Below are positions 25,905-39,100 of a DNA stretch of 64,000 nt, in pieces. The notes under the pieces were generated by a model. That model saw only the letters and a list, made by a program, of their open reading frames with translations. It had not been told where the DNA came from and did no database searches. The stretch covers positions 768,879 through 832,878 of the forward strand of contig CAWDFP010000006.1 of NCBI GenBank assembly GCA_963801605.1. Direction: 5' to 3'. Made by a program: the position numbers and the translations under genes. This DNA is from an uncultured candidate division Zixibacteria bacterium. GTDB lineage: Bacteria > Zixibacteria > MSB-5A5 > UBA10806. The stretch's first letter is position 1. Each line of letters starts with the position of its first letter.

Positions 25905-28900
25905 CTACTCTGTGCCGCCAACCTCGGGCTGATTATTCAAGATGGGGCTAACTGATGGCATTAATCTCGGTGAAAGGGGTGCCAAAATGGTTCCGGGTGG
26001 GCAATCCGGGCAGGGATGAACCAGGGGGCCGCCTTTGAAGTAGCTGACCATATAAGTTACATCCAATCCGTTAAAGGAACAGCTTCCGTTAACGTCGCCG
26101 GTTACATACCAGGTATGGCCGACGGTGCATTCGCAGGTATACGTCGGAGCAGCTCCGCCTTTGAAATAGCTTACCGAATAAGTCACATCGAGACCGTTCA
26201 GAGTATTGCTGCCGTTAGCGTCTCCCACAACATAATCGCAGTTAGCGCCTTCGGGGCTAAGGTTCAGATTAACCGCAATGGTATCATCCGAAATTACCTG
26301 AATACTATATTGTGTTCTGGTATTATAGGTATCCTTAGAAGCTTCAAGATTTACCTGAATAACCGGCAAGCTTGGCAAGAAATAATTCCCGCTGGCATCG
26401 GTCGTGTCGCGTCTAATCTCGGCAGCTCCGTTCAAGGCCCTGATTAGGACTCCCTCAATCGGGGTGGTACCATCGATTTCGGTTACTCTGCCCTGCATTG
26501 CTCCTGGAGGAACGCCCGCCGTGCCACTCTCTTTATTAGATGGCTTCGATTCAGCAGTCCATTCCGCGCTCGAATATTTAGCAGTGACATAGTACCAATA
26601 GATTGAGGAATCGGGTACGGTGTTATCCGTATAATTTGTCACCAGGACAGGATCGGTATTAAGCTTTACGTATTCGCTATTTTGCCAGAGGCTTCGGTAG
26701 ATGTCATAGCCAATGAAATTTTCATGACTGACGCCTATCCAGCCGAGTTCAACTCGATGCAAAAGGCCGTGTGAAGCTGTTAGATTGGTAGGGACCGGGC
26801 AGGGGTTAAGTGCGAAATTGATGCCCTGCGCGGACATGTTGGCAGTAACCTCGACTCCGCTTGTCGCGCCCGGGAAATATCCGATCTTTTCGGCGTCAAC
26901 GTCATAGCTTCCCGGAACGAGGTCTCTTACCAAATAAGCTCCGTTAGATGCAGAGACCGTATGGCTGCCATTCGATACTGTAATGTTAACTCCGCTATCA
27001 ATGTCGGTATCCAGAAGATCGGCAACGCCTTTAATTCCGCCTCGATTATTATTGGTAGTTATCTTAATCGCTCTACCATTAGCAACGGGAGCTGCCCCGG
27101 GCGAGTTGATATTGTCAAAGGTATATTGAATGCCGTCCAGCTCGTCCATACTTTCCAGGCCCACCGAACAATAATTCTCCTCAGCGTCATTATTGGTAAT
27201 TGTGCTGTATTGGAAAAGCATCTCAGCATCGCCGGTCACATTTGGATAGTAGGAAGGATCATAAATGATAATCTCAAAGGTTTCGGTTGCACTTGTGTTT
27301 CTGTGGGTAGCGCCGCTCCATTCAATTACGTAACGATGATTGGCGATGTCATTCCATGCGAAAACACCGAGATTGCCGCTTGAAGAAATTTGTAAATCAT
27401 CCCAGAATGGAGAAATCTGGGCTTTGGCATTGCCTGGATCCGGAATTGGCCAATTGAAAAAGTTGGCCCAGTAATTTCCGGCCATATCCATTCTACTGGT
27501 ATCAGGGGATATGAAACCATTTGTACAGACTATTATTCTGGTATAAGGCTTGCCGTAATAGACAAAACTGAATGGAAGCGTAACCAGAACGGATTTGTCA
27601 TCAGTATCGGTAAAATTGATTCTGGCGCCCGAACCACCCAAGCCGGGAACGATTTCAACCCAGCCATAAGTTGGATGCAAGGCGTTGGCGACATCTGTAT
27701 TGTCATAGATATAATAACCATATCTATCGGGTCCCATCGGATCGCTGGCGGCAACGACTCCTACCGTAGCGCTAAATGGAATATTTTCTTCCATTCCATT
27801 TGAGGTAATGGTATGCAAGGTTAAATTTACCTGCCTGCCGTTATAGGCATCGCTACTGCATTTAATCACCAATGGGGACGAGTTTGTATTGGTTCCTCCG
27901 ACCGCGATATCTCCGAAGCTTGCGTCTGGGGTTACGATCGTTACATAAGGATCATCTGATCTAAGAGTCGCGGTTACCCCCAGGGCCGGCAATGCGCCGA
28001 TGTTTTTAATCGAGAGAGTGACATTACAGGAATCTCCTGGATCGAGCCTGCCGTTGCCGCCCGGAAATGCCGTGGCTATGATATTTAGCTTGGGAGCTGA
28101 AACGGTAATATCAAATCCGGATTCCCACATGTCATAATACGGGTCGGATGATTCAATTCTAACTCTGGCAACTGCACCGTTGGTTGCAGTCGGTTTAATA
28201 AAGAAATTGAACGGTGTAGAATTTCCGGTTCCTCCGGCTTCTATGGTGCCATAGTAATGAGCAGCATCGGAAATACTTACCAAATTAGTATCCAATGTTT
28301 GAAGAATGGCCCTGACACCGGTAGCCTGCAGAGTACCGAAGTTTCGCAATACTACCGCCAATTGGACCGTCTCGTTGGGGCTGAGAATGTTATCGCCGCC
28401 ATCGACATAAAGCGAATCAAATCCCACTGTCACGCCAGGTTGATACATAAGGATATTACTCTGATAGGGAATCAGGTTTTTCCCGCTGACCGTAATAACG
28501 ATTGTATCCGGGGTGCTGGTCTCAAATGTGAATTCGACATAGCCATCGGCATCGCTTTTGTCAACCCGGAATACATCTTCGGAAGGGCTGTGACCCTTGA
28601 TTATGGTGACAATCGCGCCCTCAATCGGATTTCCCAGGGTATCGGCAACATGAGCTCGAATATATCCAGTGCCCATTGGTATGTTGGCTGGATGCTGGAC
28701 TACAATTCTCTTTGGAATGGCGGTGCGCAGTTCAAGTTCAGGATCGCCCAACATATTGTAGGTATTAAAATATTGCTGAACATAGCCGCTTGGATTACCC
28801 GGGAATGTGCGGAACATTTGAAGCTTTCCTGCAACGGCCGCTGCCGCAAAATGCTCGATATCTAATTCGAAAACGCCGTCGAAATAGCCGACCATAATTG

Positions 28901-30460
28901 GGTTATTCCATTTGGTATGCGTAAAGTGGTCGCTGACTCCGAAGAAAGCCGGACCTCCTTTGAGACTGTCGGGAGTGTATCCCATACGAATCCAGGTTTC
29001 TCCGAAACACTCTGTGCCAAAATCGCCCAATCCGCAAGTGAGAGGAGTCATGACTCCCAGCTTTTGACTGTTAGGCATCGAGAGAAGATTCGAAATCGTA
29101 AGCTCCGGACCCCACCAATGTGATTCGTCACCGGCGCCCCTGTACCATATCATGCCTGGGCCTGTATTCATGTAATTTAGAACCCTGGGATCAATACTTG
29201 TGCCATATACGGTATCAACACGAGCAAAACCGTCCTGAAGTACAAGTTGTCTTACCCAGAGAGTAGTCAAGCGAGAAGTATTATAGTAGGTATAGCCCAC
29301 TGAAAGGCCGCGAATCCAATGTTCGGCATCGCGCATGAGAGGAGTTTTCTCGTATTTGAATATCTTTGAGATGGCAATTCTGAAATCAAGCATAGCATCG
29401 ACCGACATTCGCGCTATAAAAATATCGGGTATATAATCCGTTCCATCGACACAAGCGTAACCGTTGTCTGAGGGGTAGCCCGAGTATGGGTAATACGGGA
29501 CGGATATGAACCATCCACGTCACCGACAATCATTACATATTCGGGAGGAACTTCCCAGGTTTGATAAGCTGTCCTGAGGTAATTAAAGATCTGAGTGTAA
29601 GTCGGAGATCCTCCCGGTGCAATTTCGGTAGTTGGCACAATTCTCGATATATAACCTTTTTGGTGTTTCCATAAGGCTACCGCCTTAAGTGAATCGACCA
29701 AAGCCGCCTTGGCAATGATTACATAACCGCCCCTGGCAGGTTCATAGGATGCCAGCATTTCGTCAGCGTTGGGTACCAACTCGCGGTAAAGCGGCAGAAA
29801 ACTTTCGGAAATGTAATTTGAACGTCGAATTTTAACGTTCCGATTGTCGGTGCCCGAATAATTCAAACGATATTGAATATCGGTATATACTTTCAACTGT
29901 TTCGTAACGGGATTATATTGAATAGGATTTACAACAGTTTGAATCATTCTCAAATCACGCATGATGATCGGCTCGCCCAATTGAACGACTTCCGATGGGA
30001 AAAATTCATTTTTCTGATACGCTTGCTCATCTTTGGTAAAGGCATACTCTTCGTCCGTACCTTCCAAAGGAGGAGGCTGAGTTGGCATGATATCGTAGTT
30101 TTCAAGGATTTCAAAAGAGGCCGAAATAATTTCAAGGGTTACACCGGCTTGATCAGGAATAGCTACAAGCTGTGTAAAAAGTGGAAGATCCGGCAGGCCA
30201 AGTTCGGCTATTTCTCCGAATTTATCTGGTTGTGACGTGATCGGCGTAACCTTTTGCGCGGTCACTCCGCCAGCCTGTATTTCTTCATTTTCGATGCCCG
30301 CTATCTTGAACTCAAGCGAGGTTTCGGTATTTGAGGAACTGAGCTTTTGAATTGGGGCTTCCTCGATATTCCCCGGCGCCAGCACAACCCTGTTTGTAGC
30401 GGCATTTAATGCCCAAACAGGAAGACACAATAAAACGATACACCAGATCCCAACTTTCAT
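25905..30460 (-). CDS. Giant secreted gingipain-like (peptidase C25 family) protein, paralog 1; frame broken once (fragments 29414-30460 and 25905-29408)
   Basis: Start at ATG 30460 (GGGAGGAGAC RBS; MKVGIWCIVLLCLPVWALNA signal peptide). His/Cys region YRGAGDESHWWGPE...LTCGLGDFGTECFGETW resembles gingipain GHGSETAWG...ACVNGDF...CFAEA. A -1 shift near 29500-29520 restores ...GDVDG..VPYYPYSGYPSDNGYACVDGTDYIPDIFIARMSVD... C-terminal double dockerin-like module. Confidence 0.75.
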
Positions 30461-30868
30461 GTCTCCTCCCAAGAAAACATCGTTTTTACATTCGAAAAAA
30501 TATTTTAGAATCACATTTTATTTGCGAACATGCTACAAAGAAGTATTATTTCGCTATTGGCTATTTCCCCGTATCCCAAAAGAGCTTGCAGAATAAATAA
30601 TTGCACCAATAATATAATGCCTCGTCTCAGGAAAACAAGCATTTTATGCTGATTTTATTAGCCGCCAAAGGCATGTGAATGTGTATAAGATATTAATTTA
30701 TAAGGCTTTATAAAACGAAAACTGGGCATGGTACAAATGTAGAAACAAAACACCTCGTCTAAAAAAAACCTGATTAGTCTTGGCTTAGTTCAGAGATTTA
30801 ATTTAGAATAGGATATACCCTGTTTCCAGCTTGCAAACGGCGCGATGACGGATCGGCATCGCTTAATA

Positions 30869-32758
30869 TTATTTATCTATCCCTACGCCAATTTCAAATG
30901 GTGCCGGTTTGGTCGAATCGGATTTAGGGGTTATCCAACGAGTCCCGTTTTTTGCCCAACTTTTGCTGTAATTATCATTTCCGGAACCATCTATAAAAAT
31001 GCCGAAGGTGTACAAATATGCCCTGGCTCCCTGATTAAGTCCATTGGCGCCACCAAGAGTAAAATCCCCCTTGGCGCTGTAAGTATCGTCGCCGCTCCAG
31101 TCATGGAATATTCCGATTCCCTGAAAATTGCCGCCGCCTAATGACAGGCTGGGAGCGTTATACGTATCGTTTCCGCCTCGTTCGTTAAGATAGCCTATGG
31201 TGAAATCATGACCGGAGCCCAGCGACATATTCATCGATGCGGTATAGATATCGTTACCGGCGAAATCATCGAGATATCCCACTGCAAAATGCGCTCCTGA
31301 GCCGAGGGTGTACCAGACGCTCTTATAAATATCATCCCCGGCCCCATCAAGCAGCATTCCCACCGCAAACCAATATCCGCATCCCTGGGCGAACAGTCCA
31401 GCGGAGTAATGATCATTTCCCATTATATCACAAAGAATACCAACGCCTCCGGCCCAGCTGTGGCCATCTATATAATCGGCGCGCTTGCCAAATCCCACTC
31501 CCTGGGAAAGTGAGGCGTTATGCTCTTTGGTCTGCTGACCGGGAGCAAATAGAATGCTATCTTCGGCAATGTAGCTGTCGTTTCCGGAGTAATTGATACA
31601 AAGGCCGCAGCCTCTGGTATATCCAAAGCCCTGGGAGTTCGCCCAGCAGTAAAGAGAGTCGTCTCCGGTGCTGTCGCTTAGAATGCCAAGGCCAAATGAT
31701 CCCGAACCTTGAGAATAGAATTTAGCGCGGTATTTGTCATTACCGTTGTTATCCATTACAACCCCGACGCCAAACAGGGCGCTCCCCTGGGTGAGATTAA
31801 TCCCCTGATAAAGATCATCCCCGGACTTGTCGATTACTACAGCCATCCCCAGAATCGCCCCACCAATTCCGGGAGTTGTGGAGTCCGAGGAAATATACCT
31901 GTCATTTCCGGCAACATCGATGATCGCAGTTAACGGATATTCGACTGGATACCCGGAAAGATGATAGGTGTCATCTCCTCCCGGATCAAGTATTAGCAAA
32001 GGAGGTATTTTATAGGTATAATCATCACTTTCTTTAGTGCCAATTATAATCAAGCCATAAGGCGTTTTTATCGTCACTCGATGATCGGGAAATGAGCAAT
32101 ACTCAAGTGAATCGGCTGCCCATATCAAGGCTTCACTTATATCTTCGGCTCCACCCACCATCCGGTTGAAATCGACCGATGCTGAAAGTCCCTCAATCAT
32201 ATCGTTATATTTTTGACTGTCGGCCACAAAGTGTTTGAAGATTTGAGATTGAACTTTGGCTCTGTCTGTTTTCCCGAAAGTTTGATTATAAATGAAAGAG
32301 CTATCATTAATTAAGGCGAAAAGCAGATCGATTTTATTTCTCAGTTTTTGATACTGCAGCCCTTCGAGCAGATTGCTCTTTTCCATAAAGGTTGGATGAG
32401 CCAAAGAATCGGGTGAATATTTTATAATGGGATCATCAATAAGCCCGCGACGAACCGGACAATCGATCTTTCGTCCCGCGCCCGAAATAAGTGCATTTAT
32501 ATTTCCGCAGTCGCTTCTAAACGATTCAAGATTAAGCTTACCGTATTTGGGTAATTTGAGGGGATTTTTATGAAAGAGGGTAAAATATGAGAGACGCCAG
32601 GTATCGCCTCCCCATCCGGCCATCTCGTCCTGGTCGAAATGAATATCCGCCACGGTCATATTCACTTGGACCATAACGGAATCAAACAGGCTTAAATCCT
32701 GGGCGTTAGAAAGTAATGGCAAAAACGTTACTAATACGATAAGGATCAAGGCTTTCAA
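30869..32758 (-). CDS. Secreted repeat protein with 12 G(N/D)DxY repeats (predicted beta-solenoid)
   Basis: Signal peptide MKALILIVLVTFLPLLSNA. From about aa 259 there are 12 copies of a unit mostly 26-29 aa long (two longer spacings), G[ND]DxYxxxxxxQGxGxxGxGxxxDxx (GGDDTYH, AGNDRYI, SGDDLYQ, NGNDKYR, SGNDSYI, MGNDHYS, AGDDIYK, AGNDIYT, GGNDTYN, SGDDTYS, SGNDNYS...). Confidence 0.7.
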   Translation of the reverse strand: MKALILIVLVTFLPLLSNAQDLSLFDSVMVQVNMTVADIHFDQDEMAGWGGDTWRLSYFTLFHKNPLKLPKYGKLNLESFRSDCGNINALISGAGRKIDCPVRRGLIDDPIIKYSPDSLAHPTFMEKSNLLEGLQYQKLRNKIDLLFALINDSSFIYNQTFGKTDRAKVQSQIFKHFVADSQKYNDMIEGLSASVDFNRMVGGAEDISEALIWAADSLEYCSFPDHRVTIKTPYGLIIIGTKESDDYTYKIPPLLILDPGGDDTYHLSGYPVEYPLTAIIDVAGNDRYISSDSTTPGIGGAILGMAVVIDKSGDDLYQGINLTQGSALFGVGVVMDNNGNDKYRAKFYSQGSGSFGLGILSDSTGDDSLYCWANSQGFGYTRGCGLCINYSGNDSYIAEDSILFAPGQQTKEHNASLSQGVGFGKRADYIDGHSWAGGVGILCDIMGNDHYSAGLFAQGCGYWFAVGMLLDGAGDDIYKSVWYTLGSGAHFAVGYLDDFAGNDIYTASMNMSLGSGHDFTIGYLNERGGNDTYNAPSLSLGGGNFQGIGIFHDWSGDDTYSAKGDFTLGGANGLNQGARAYLYTFGIFIDGSGNDNYSKSWAKNGTRWITPKSDSTKPAPFEIGVGIDK

Positions 32759-33133
32759 GGCGTTCTCCAGCTTAGGTGTTAAACTTTAAGACAAAATATA
32801 CCATCGCGGGCAATATTGGGCAATTGTATCCTTAGGAGATATTATTTATTTCTGCCCCAATAGTTATAAAACCGATTGAGAGGATTTTTACGGATTTAGT
32901 CGAAATTCAAGATGCGATAGTATCGGATTCCCATTAATAATAAACTCTTTTGCAAGCCTGATACGGAACAGGAATTTTGCATTTATTGGAATTAGAGCTA
33001 TTGTCAATAATAACTATTATCTGCCGATAATATAACCGTGGTTATTGCCCCTATAAGTATTTGCCGTGCCTCGACATGCAAAGGCCGACAATAATGATTG
33101 GTACAAAATCGATCTTTGCCTGAGGAATAAGAG

Positions 33134-36100
33134 ATGAACAAGGTAATCAGAATTCTTTTTATCGGAAACAGTGAAGCCGATATCGCCATAATTCTTCGTG
33201 AACTCTCTCAAGATGGTTTCAGGCCAGTGAGTCAACGAGTAGGGAAGGCCGAGGAGATGCGCTCGGCGCTTATTAACGACCATTGGGATATCATCATTTC
33301 GGAATATTCTTTACCGGATTTTGGAGCCGTAGACCCGCTCACGATCGCTAAAGACAGCAGCCAGAATTTGCCATTTATCTTTATTTCAGAAAAAATCGGA
33401 GAAGAAACCGCAGTTGATTTATTGAAAGCGGGAGCTCATGATTTTGTTATAAAATCAAATCTGATGCGGCTCAATAACGTTATAACAAGAGAGCTGTATG
33501 AGGCCCAATTACGACGAGAAAAGCAAAAAGCAGATGAGGAACTAATTAAAAGCAAAGAACATTTTGAAAGTTTAATTAATGAATCTCCAATAGGCATATA
33601 TAAAACAACTGTAGATGGCCGGATTCTACATGCCAACCCGGCGCTAATCAAGATGCTGGGATTTAATTCCTTTGATGAGTTAGCCAGGCGCAATCTTGAA
33701 TTCGAAGGCTATGGTCAAGGCGGTCCAACTCGTAGCGAATTTAAACGGCTTATGGAACAAACCGGGGAAATCAAAGGAATGGAATATTTATGGCGAACAA
33801 AAAATGGTAATTGCATCGCCATAAACGAATACGCCAGAGCTATCCGCGATGAAAACGGAGTAATTCTTTATTACGAGGGCACAGTTGAAGATATTACCGT
33901 TCGTAATAAAGCAGAAGAAGAATTACAAAATAGCGAAACTAAATATCGTACGCTTTATCAAAGCATAAGAGATGGCTTTGCCATGGTTGATATGGAAGGG
34001 CATATTATTGAATTTAATGAAGCTTATGTAAATATGCTGGGCTACACTTCTGACGAAATTCGGCAACTTTCATACCAGGATTTGACCCCCAAAAAGTGGC
34101 ATGACATGGAATCCAGAATTATCATGGACGAAGTTCTGCCCAGGGGATATTCCGAAGTCTATGAAAAGGAATATGAACGTAAAGATGGGACAATATTCCC
34201 CGTTGAACTGCGTACTATCCTCATCAAAGATAATAAGGGCAAACCCTCCGCGATGTGGGGAATAATCAGGGATATTACAGATCGAAAAAGATCCGAGCAA
34301 GCGCTTCGGGATTCAGAATCGAATTATCGTCTACTCATTGAAAATCAAAATGATTTAGTTGTAAAGGTTGATAATGATGGGAAATTTCTTTTCGTAAGCG
34401 AATCGTTTTGCAATATGTTCGGAGAAAACCAGGCAGATTTACTTGGCAAGAATTATTTATCTCTTGTTTCTGCAGATGAGAGAGCCTCGACTGCAAACGC
34501 AATGGAATGTCTTTTCAAGCCTCCATATAATAATAATCACGAAATGCGTGCTCTGACTAAAAACGGTTGGAAATGGCTCGCCTGGTCGAATACCGCAATG
34601 CTTAATGGCCAAAACAACGTTATTGCGATCGTAGGAGTTGGTAGAGATATTACCGAACAAAAAATGGCAAAGGATACCTTAAAGGCATCTGAAGAAAAAT
34701 TGAGGGCGATAGCCTCCCGTAACGAGGCAATAATAGAGTCTGTGCCCGACATAATTATGGAAGTTGACAATAACAAATTATACACCTGGGCAAACAAAGC
34801 AGGGTATGAATTCTTCGGAGATGACGTAATTGGAAAAGCAGCCGATTATTATTTTGAAGACGAACAAAACACCCTGGAAGCTGTCGACCCGCTCTTTCAT
34901 GGTTTAGATGATATCATTCTTCTGGAGAGCTGGCAGCGTCGCCGCGACGGTAAGAGGCGACTGCTAAGCTGGAGATGCAAGGTCCTGCGAGATTCACAAG
35001 GCAAAATAATCGGTGCCCTCTCATCGGCTCGAGATATTACTGAACATAAAACTGCCGAAATTGACCTGGTCGAAAGCGAGGCAAAATATCGAAATCTCCA
35101 TGAGAGCATGATCGATGCCTTTGCCAATGCTGATTTAAATGGAAATCTTATTGATTTTAATGAAGTCTATCGAAACATGCTTGGATATTCAGCGGATGAG
35201 CTTCGCCAGCTTACTTACTCGGATTTTACTCCTGAAAAGTGGCATGAATTAGATGCAAAAATCGTCAGAGAACAAATAATTCCACGCGGTTATTCGGATG
35301 TTTATGAAAAGGAATTCCGTCGTAAAGATGGCACGGTCTTCCCGGTTGAATTGCGGGTGACATTGACGAAAAGCGATTCAGGCAATCCTACCGGCATGTG
35401 GGCGATTGTCCGTGATATTACTGAGAGAAAAAAGGCAGCACAACAGCTTGCCGAAAGCGAAAGGCAGTTCCATTCGCTATTTGAGCACATGATCAATGGT
35501 TTTGTATTATATGAAATTTTATATGATGATAATGGCGAGGCTCGAGACGCCCGTTACGTCGAAGTGAACTCCGCGTTTGAGAAGTTGATGGGATTTAAAA
35601 AGGATGATGTTATCGGCAAGACGATAACGGATCTTTTCCCCAGCATTAATATGGACTGGATTCGTGAATATGGCAAACTGGCAAAAGGCACGATATCGGC
35701 AATGGTTGAACGCGATAGGTACGATACCGGGCAATATTTTGAAACCGCCATTTATAGCCCCCGGCCGGGTTATGTTGCTGCCATATTTCAAGATATATCC
35801 GACAGAAAACGCGCTGAAAATGAATTAAAATTCAGAAATTTGCTGCTTTCAACTCAGCAGGAAGCTGCTATCGATGGGATTCTCGTAGTTGGCGAATCCG
35901 GCAATATACTTTCTTTCAATAAAAGATTCGTTGATTTATTCAACATTCCATCAGAAATGCTGGCCGCTAAAATCGACGAACCGGTATTGAAAAGCGTTAT
36001 GGAAAAAATGTCGGATCCTCAACAATTCATATATAAAGTAATATATCTCTATCAACATCATTTTGAAACCAGTCGAGACGAATTAGTTTTGAAAGACGGA

Positions 36101-39100
36101 CGGACCTTTGATCGTTATTCCGCTCCGATGATTGGAAATGATGGCAAGTATTATGGAAGGATATGGTTTTTCCGGGATATTACAGAACGAATAAAAGCTG
36201 AAGAATCTATTAGGGCTGCGGAGACTTATAACAGGGCGGTAATCGAACATTCGCCACTTGGAATATCAGTTCGAAGCCATACGGGACAACTTATAAGCTG
36301 TAATAAGGCCTGGCAAAAAATATGGAATAAGTCCGATGAAGATATCAAAAGACTTATGGCTAACACATGCCAGGAGTTGAAATTCAATCAAAGCGATGAT
36401 TATCTGAAAGTATGGCATTCAAAAATCAGAGACATTTACGAACAGGGCGGTTATCTTCATGTGCCCGAAGCGAAATTATTATTTCACCATGAAGGCGGAG
36501 ATCATTGGGTATCGCAGCATTTTTATGCTATCAAGGATGCCAATGGTCAGGTTGAAAAAATCGTAATCTTGACCGAAGATATTTCCGAGCGCAAACAAAC
36601 CGAGGAAGCTTTGGCCGAGGAAGTCCTCCGTCGTCGCATACTTATGGATCAATCCCGCGATGGAATCGTAATCCTGGACGATAATGGTAAGGTCTATGAG
36701 GCAAACCGGAGTTACGCCGAAATGCTTGGTTACTCGATGGAGGAAGTTCGTCAGCTATATGTATGGGATTGGGATCGCCAGTGGCCCAGAGAAAAACTGC
36801 TTGAAATGATTCAAGCGGTAGACGAGAAAGGCGATCATTTCGAAACCAAGCATTTTTGCAAGAATGGCAGCATCATCGATGTTGAAATCAGTACCAACGG
36901 TTCAATGTGCGGAGGGAAAAAGTTAATATTCTGCGTTTGTCGAAATATTACCGAACGCAAAAAGGCCGAGGAAGCTTTGCGCGAAAGCGAACAAAAATAC
37001 CGGATGGTTATCGAAAATATGCAGGACGTGTTTTATCGGACTGATATCGATGGGAACCTAACCATGTTGAGTTCCGCCGGGCCAAAGTTTTTGGGATATG
37101 ACTCCGTAGACCAATTGATTAACGTCAATGTCGCTCGCGATTTATATGCTAATCCCGAAGAAAGAACACTATTTCTTAAGGAGCTCCAGGCTAAGGGCTT
37201 TGTACGCGACCACCAGGTAACTCTGAAACGCGTTGATGGAAGTCAATTCTATGCTTCGGTAAATAGCCAGTACTATCGCGGTCCCAATGGCGAAATATTG
37301 GGAGTTGAGGGAATTCTTCGAGATATTAATGAACGAATTGAAAATGAAAAACATATTCGGGATCTATCGAGGTTCCCGGCTGAGAACCCCGCTCCTGTTT
37401 TGCGCATTTCAAAAAGCGGACAATTACTATATGCGAATTCAAGCAGCGCCCCGATTCTAAGCGGTTGGGATTGTAAGATTGGCGATCTTCTGCCGAACCA
37501 ATGGATAGAAATAATGTCCGAAACCCTTAAAATAGGATTGAATAGGGAAGAAACCATTAAATTTGACGACCGAGTTTATTCGCTATTATTGGCGCCTGTT
37601 TCGGAATCGGGGTATGTTAACATTTATGGCCTCGATATCACTCAACGGCTGCAGGCGGAGAATCGGTTGGCTCGCTCGGCAAAAATCAATGAGCATATCA
37701 GCCAGGTGTTAGTGACACTAAACTCGATCAGTAACATTAATGAAATGATGCCCCCGTTATTAGAGGCCGCCATAGAGATAACTGAAATGGACGGCGGCGG
37801 GATATATTTAATTAAAGATCAAATCGCGCTTCTTCATCTACATAAAGGCTTACCGGATACTTTCGTCAAAATGGTCTCGGAAATGCCTGTCTCAGAGCCG
37901 CCCGTAAGTCTGGCCCTGATTTCCGATAGGCCTTTGGATGTTTGCAAAATATCTGAGGATATTTTGAGACTTATTCAGGCTAACGGTATAAAACATGCTT
38001 ACAGCGTACCGCTTCGGGTCGGCAATGATGTTTTCGGATTCTTAAATCTTTCCTCTTACAGAGCCGTACCGCCAGACGAACTTGGTTTAAATTCAGTCTG
38101 GATGCTGGCGCTGGAAGCGGGATCATTTTTTAAGCGCGCTATCATGGAAAATGACCTTCGCGTCTCCGAAGAAAAATATCGTTTATTGTTCGAAAACGCA
38201 GGCGAGGCCATATTCGTCATACAAGAATTCAAAATTGTATTTTCCAACAATAAGCTGGCTGAAATTCTTGGCTATAGCGATGCTTATGTCATTGATCGAA
38301 ATCTGACCGATTATATTCATCCTGACGACAAAGACCTGGTCGTCAGACGATTCAAAGCCCGCGTTGAGGGCAAACAATTCGATAAACCCGAACCCTTCAG
38401 AGTCATGGCGTCTGGCGGAATTTATAAGTGGCTCCGTGTTGATGCGGTTAAGATAATGTGGGACGGGAAACCGGCCACTCTAAATTTTGCCACCGACGTT
38501 ACCGAACAGTTACGGGCTCAGAGCAACCTAAAAGAAAGCGAAACAAAGTTTCGCACAATTTTCGAAAATTCAGCTGATGCTTCATTTTTAATGACAGATC
38601 GATTTATAGATTGCAATCAAAAAGCCTGTGAATTGTTGGCGTATGAACGCAATGAGTTAATAGGCAGGTCTCCGGTAGAATTTTCGCCCGCGACTCAACC
38701 GGATGGCAGAGTATCCGATGTAGTTTCTACAGCGTATGTAAATGCCGCGCATTCGGGAAAACCTCAATATTTTAATTGGCAGCATCAGAATAAAAAGGGA
38801 AAGCTAATAGATTGTGAAGTGTCTCTCAAAGCAATCACCATAGATGGAAAGAAGATGCTTCATGCGGTGGTAAGGGATATCAGCCAGCGCAAACGGGCCG
38901 AAGAGACACTTCGAAGATTGGCCACTGCCATCGAACAATCGGCGGACGCCGTTGTAATAATGGATACTAATACAATTGTGCAATATGTTAATCCCGCCTA
39001 TGAAAAAATTACGGGCCGAAAGAAGGATGAAGTAGTCGGCCTTGAGTTCTCTTTATTAAAATCCGAAAATCAGGATTATAAGCTGATCGAAGATATTTGG

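Noticed and set aside
26016-29123. Plus-strand ORFs within C25 peptidase paralog 1 (26016-26447, 26961-27383, 28257-28865, 28917-29123)
   Set aside because: These are shadow ORFs opposite a long, motif-supported gene that has an intact paralog elsewhere in the window.
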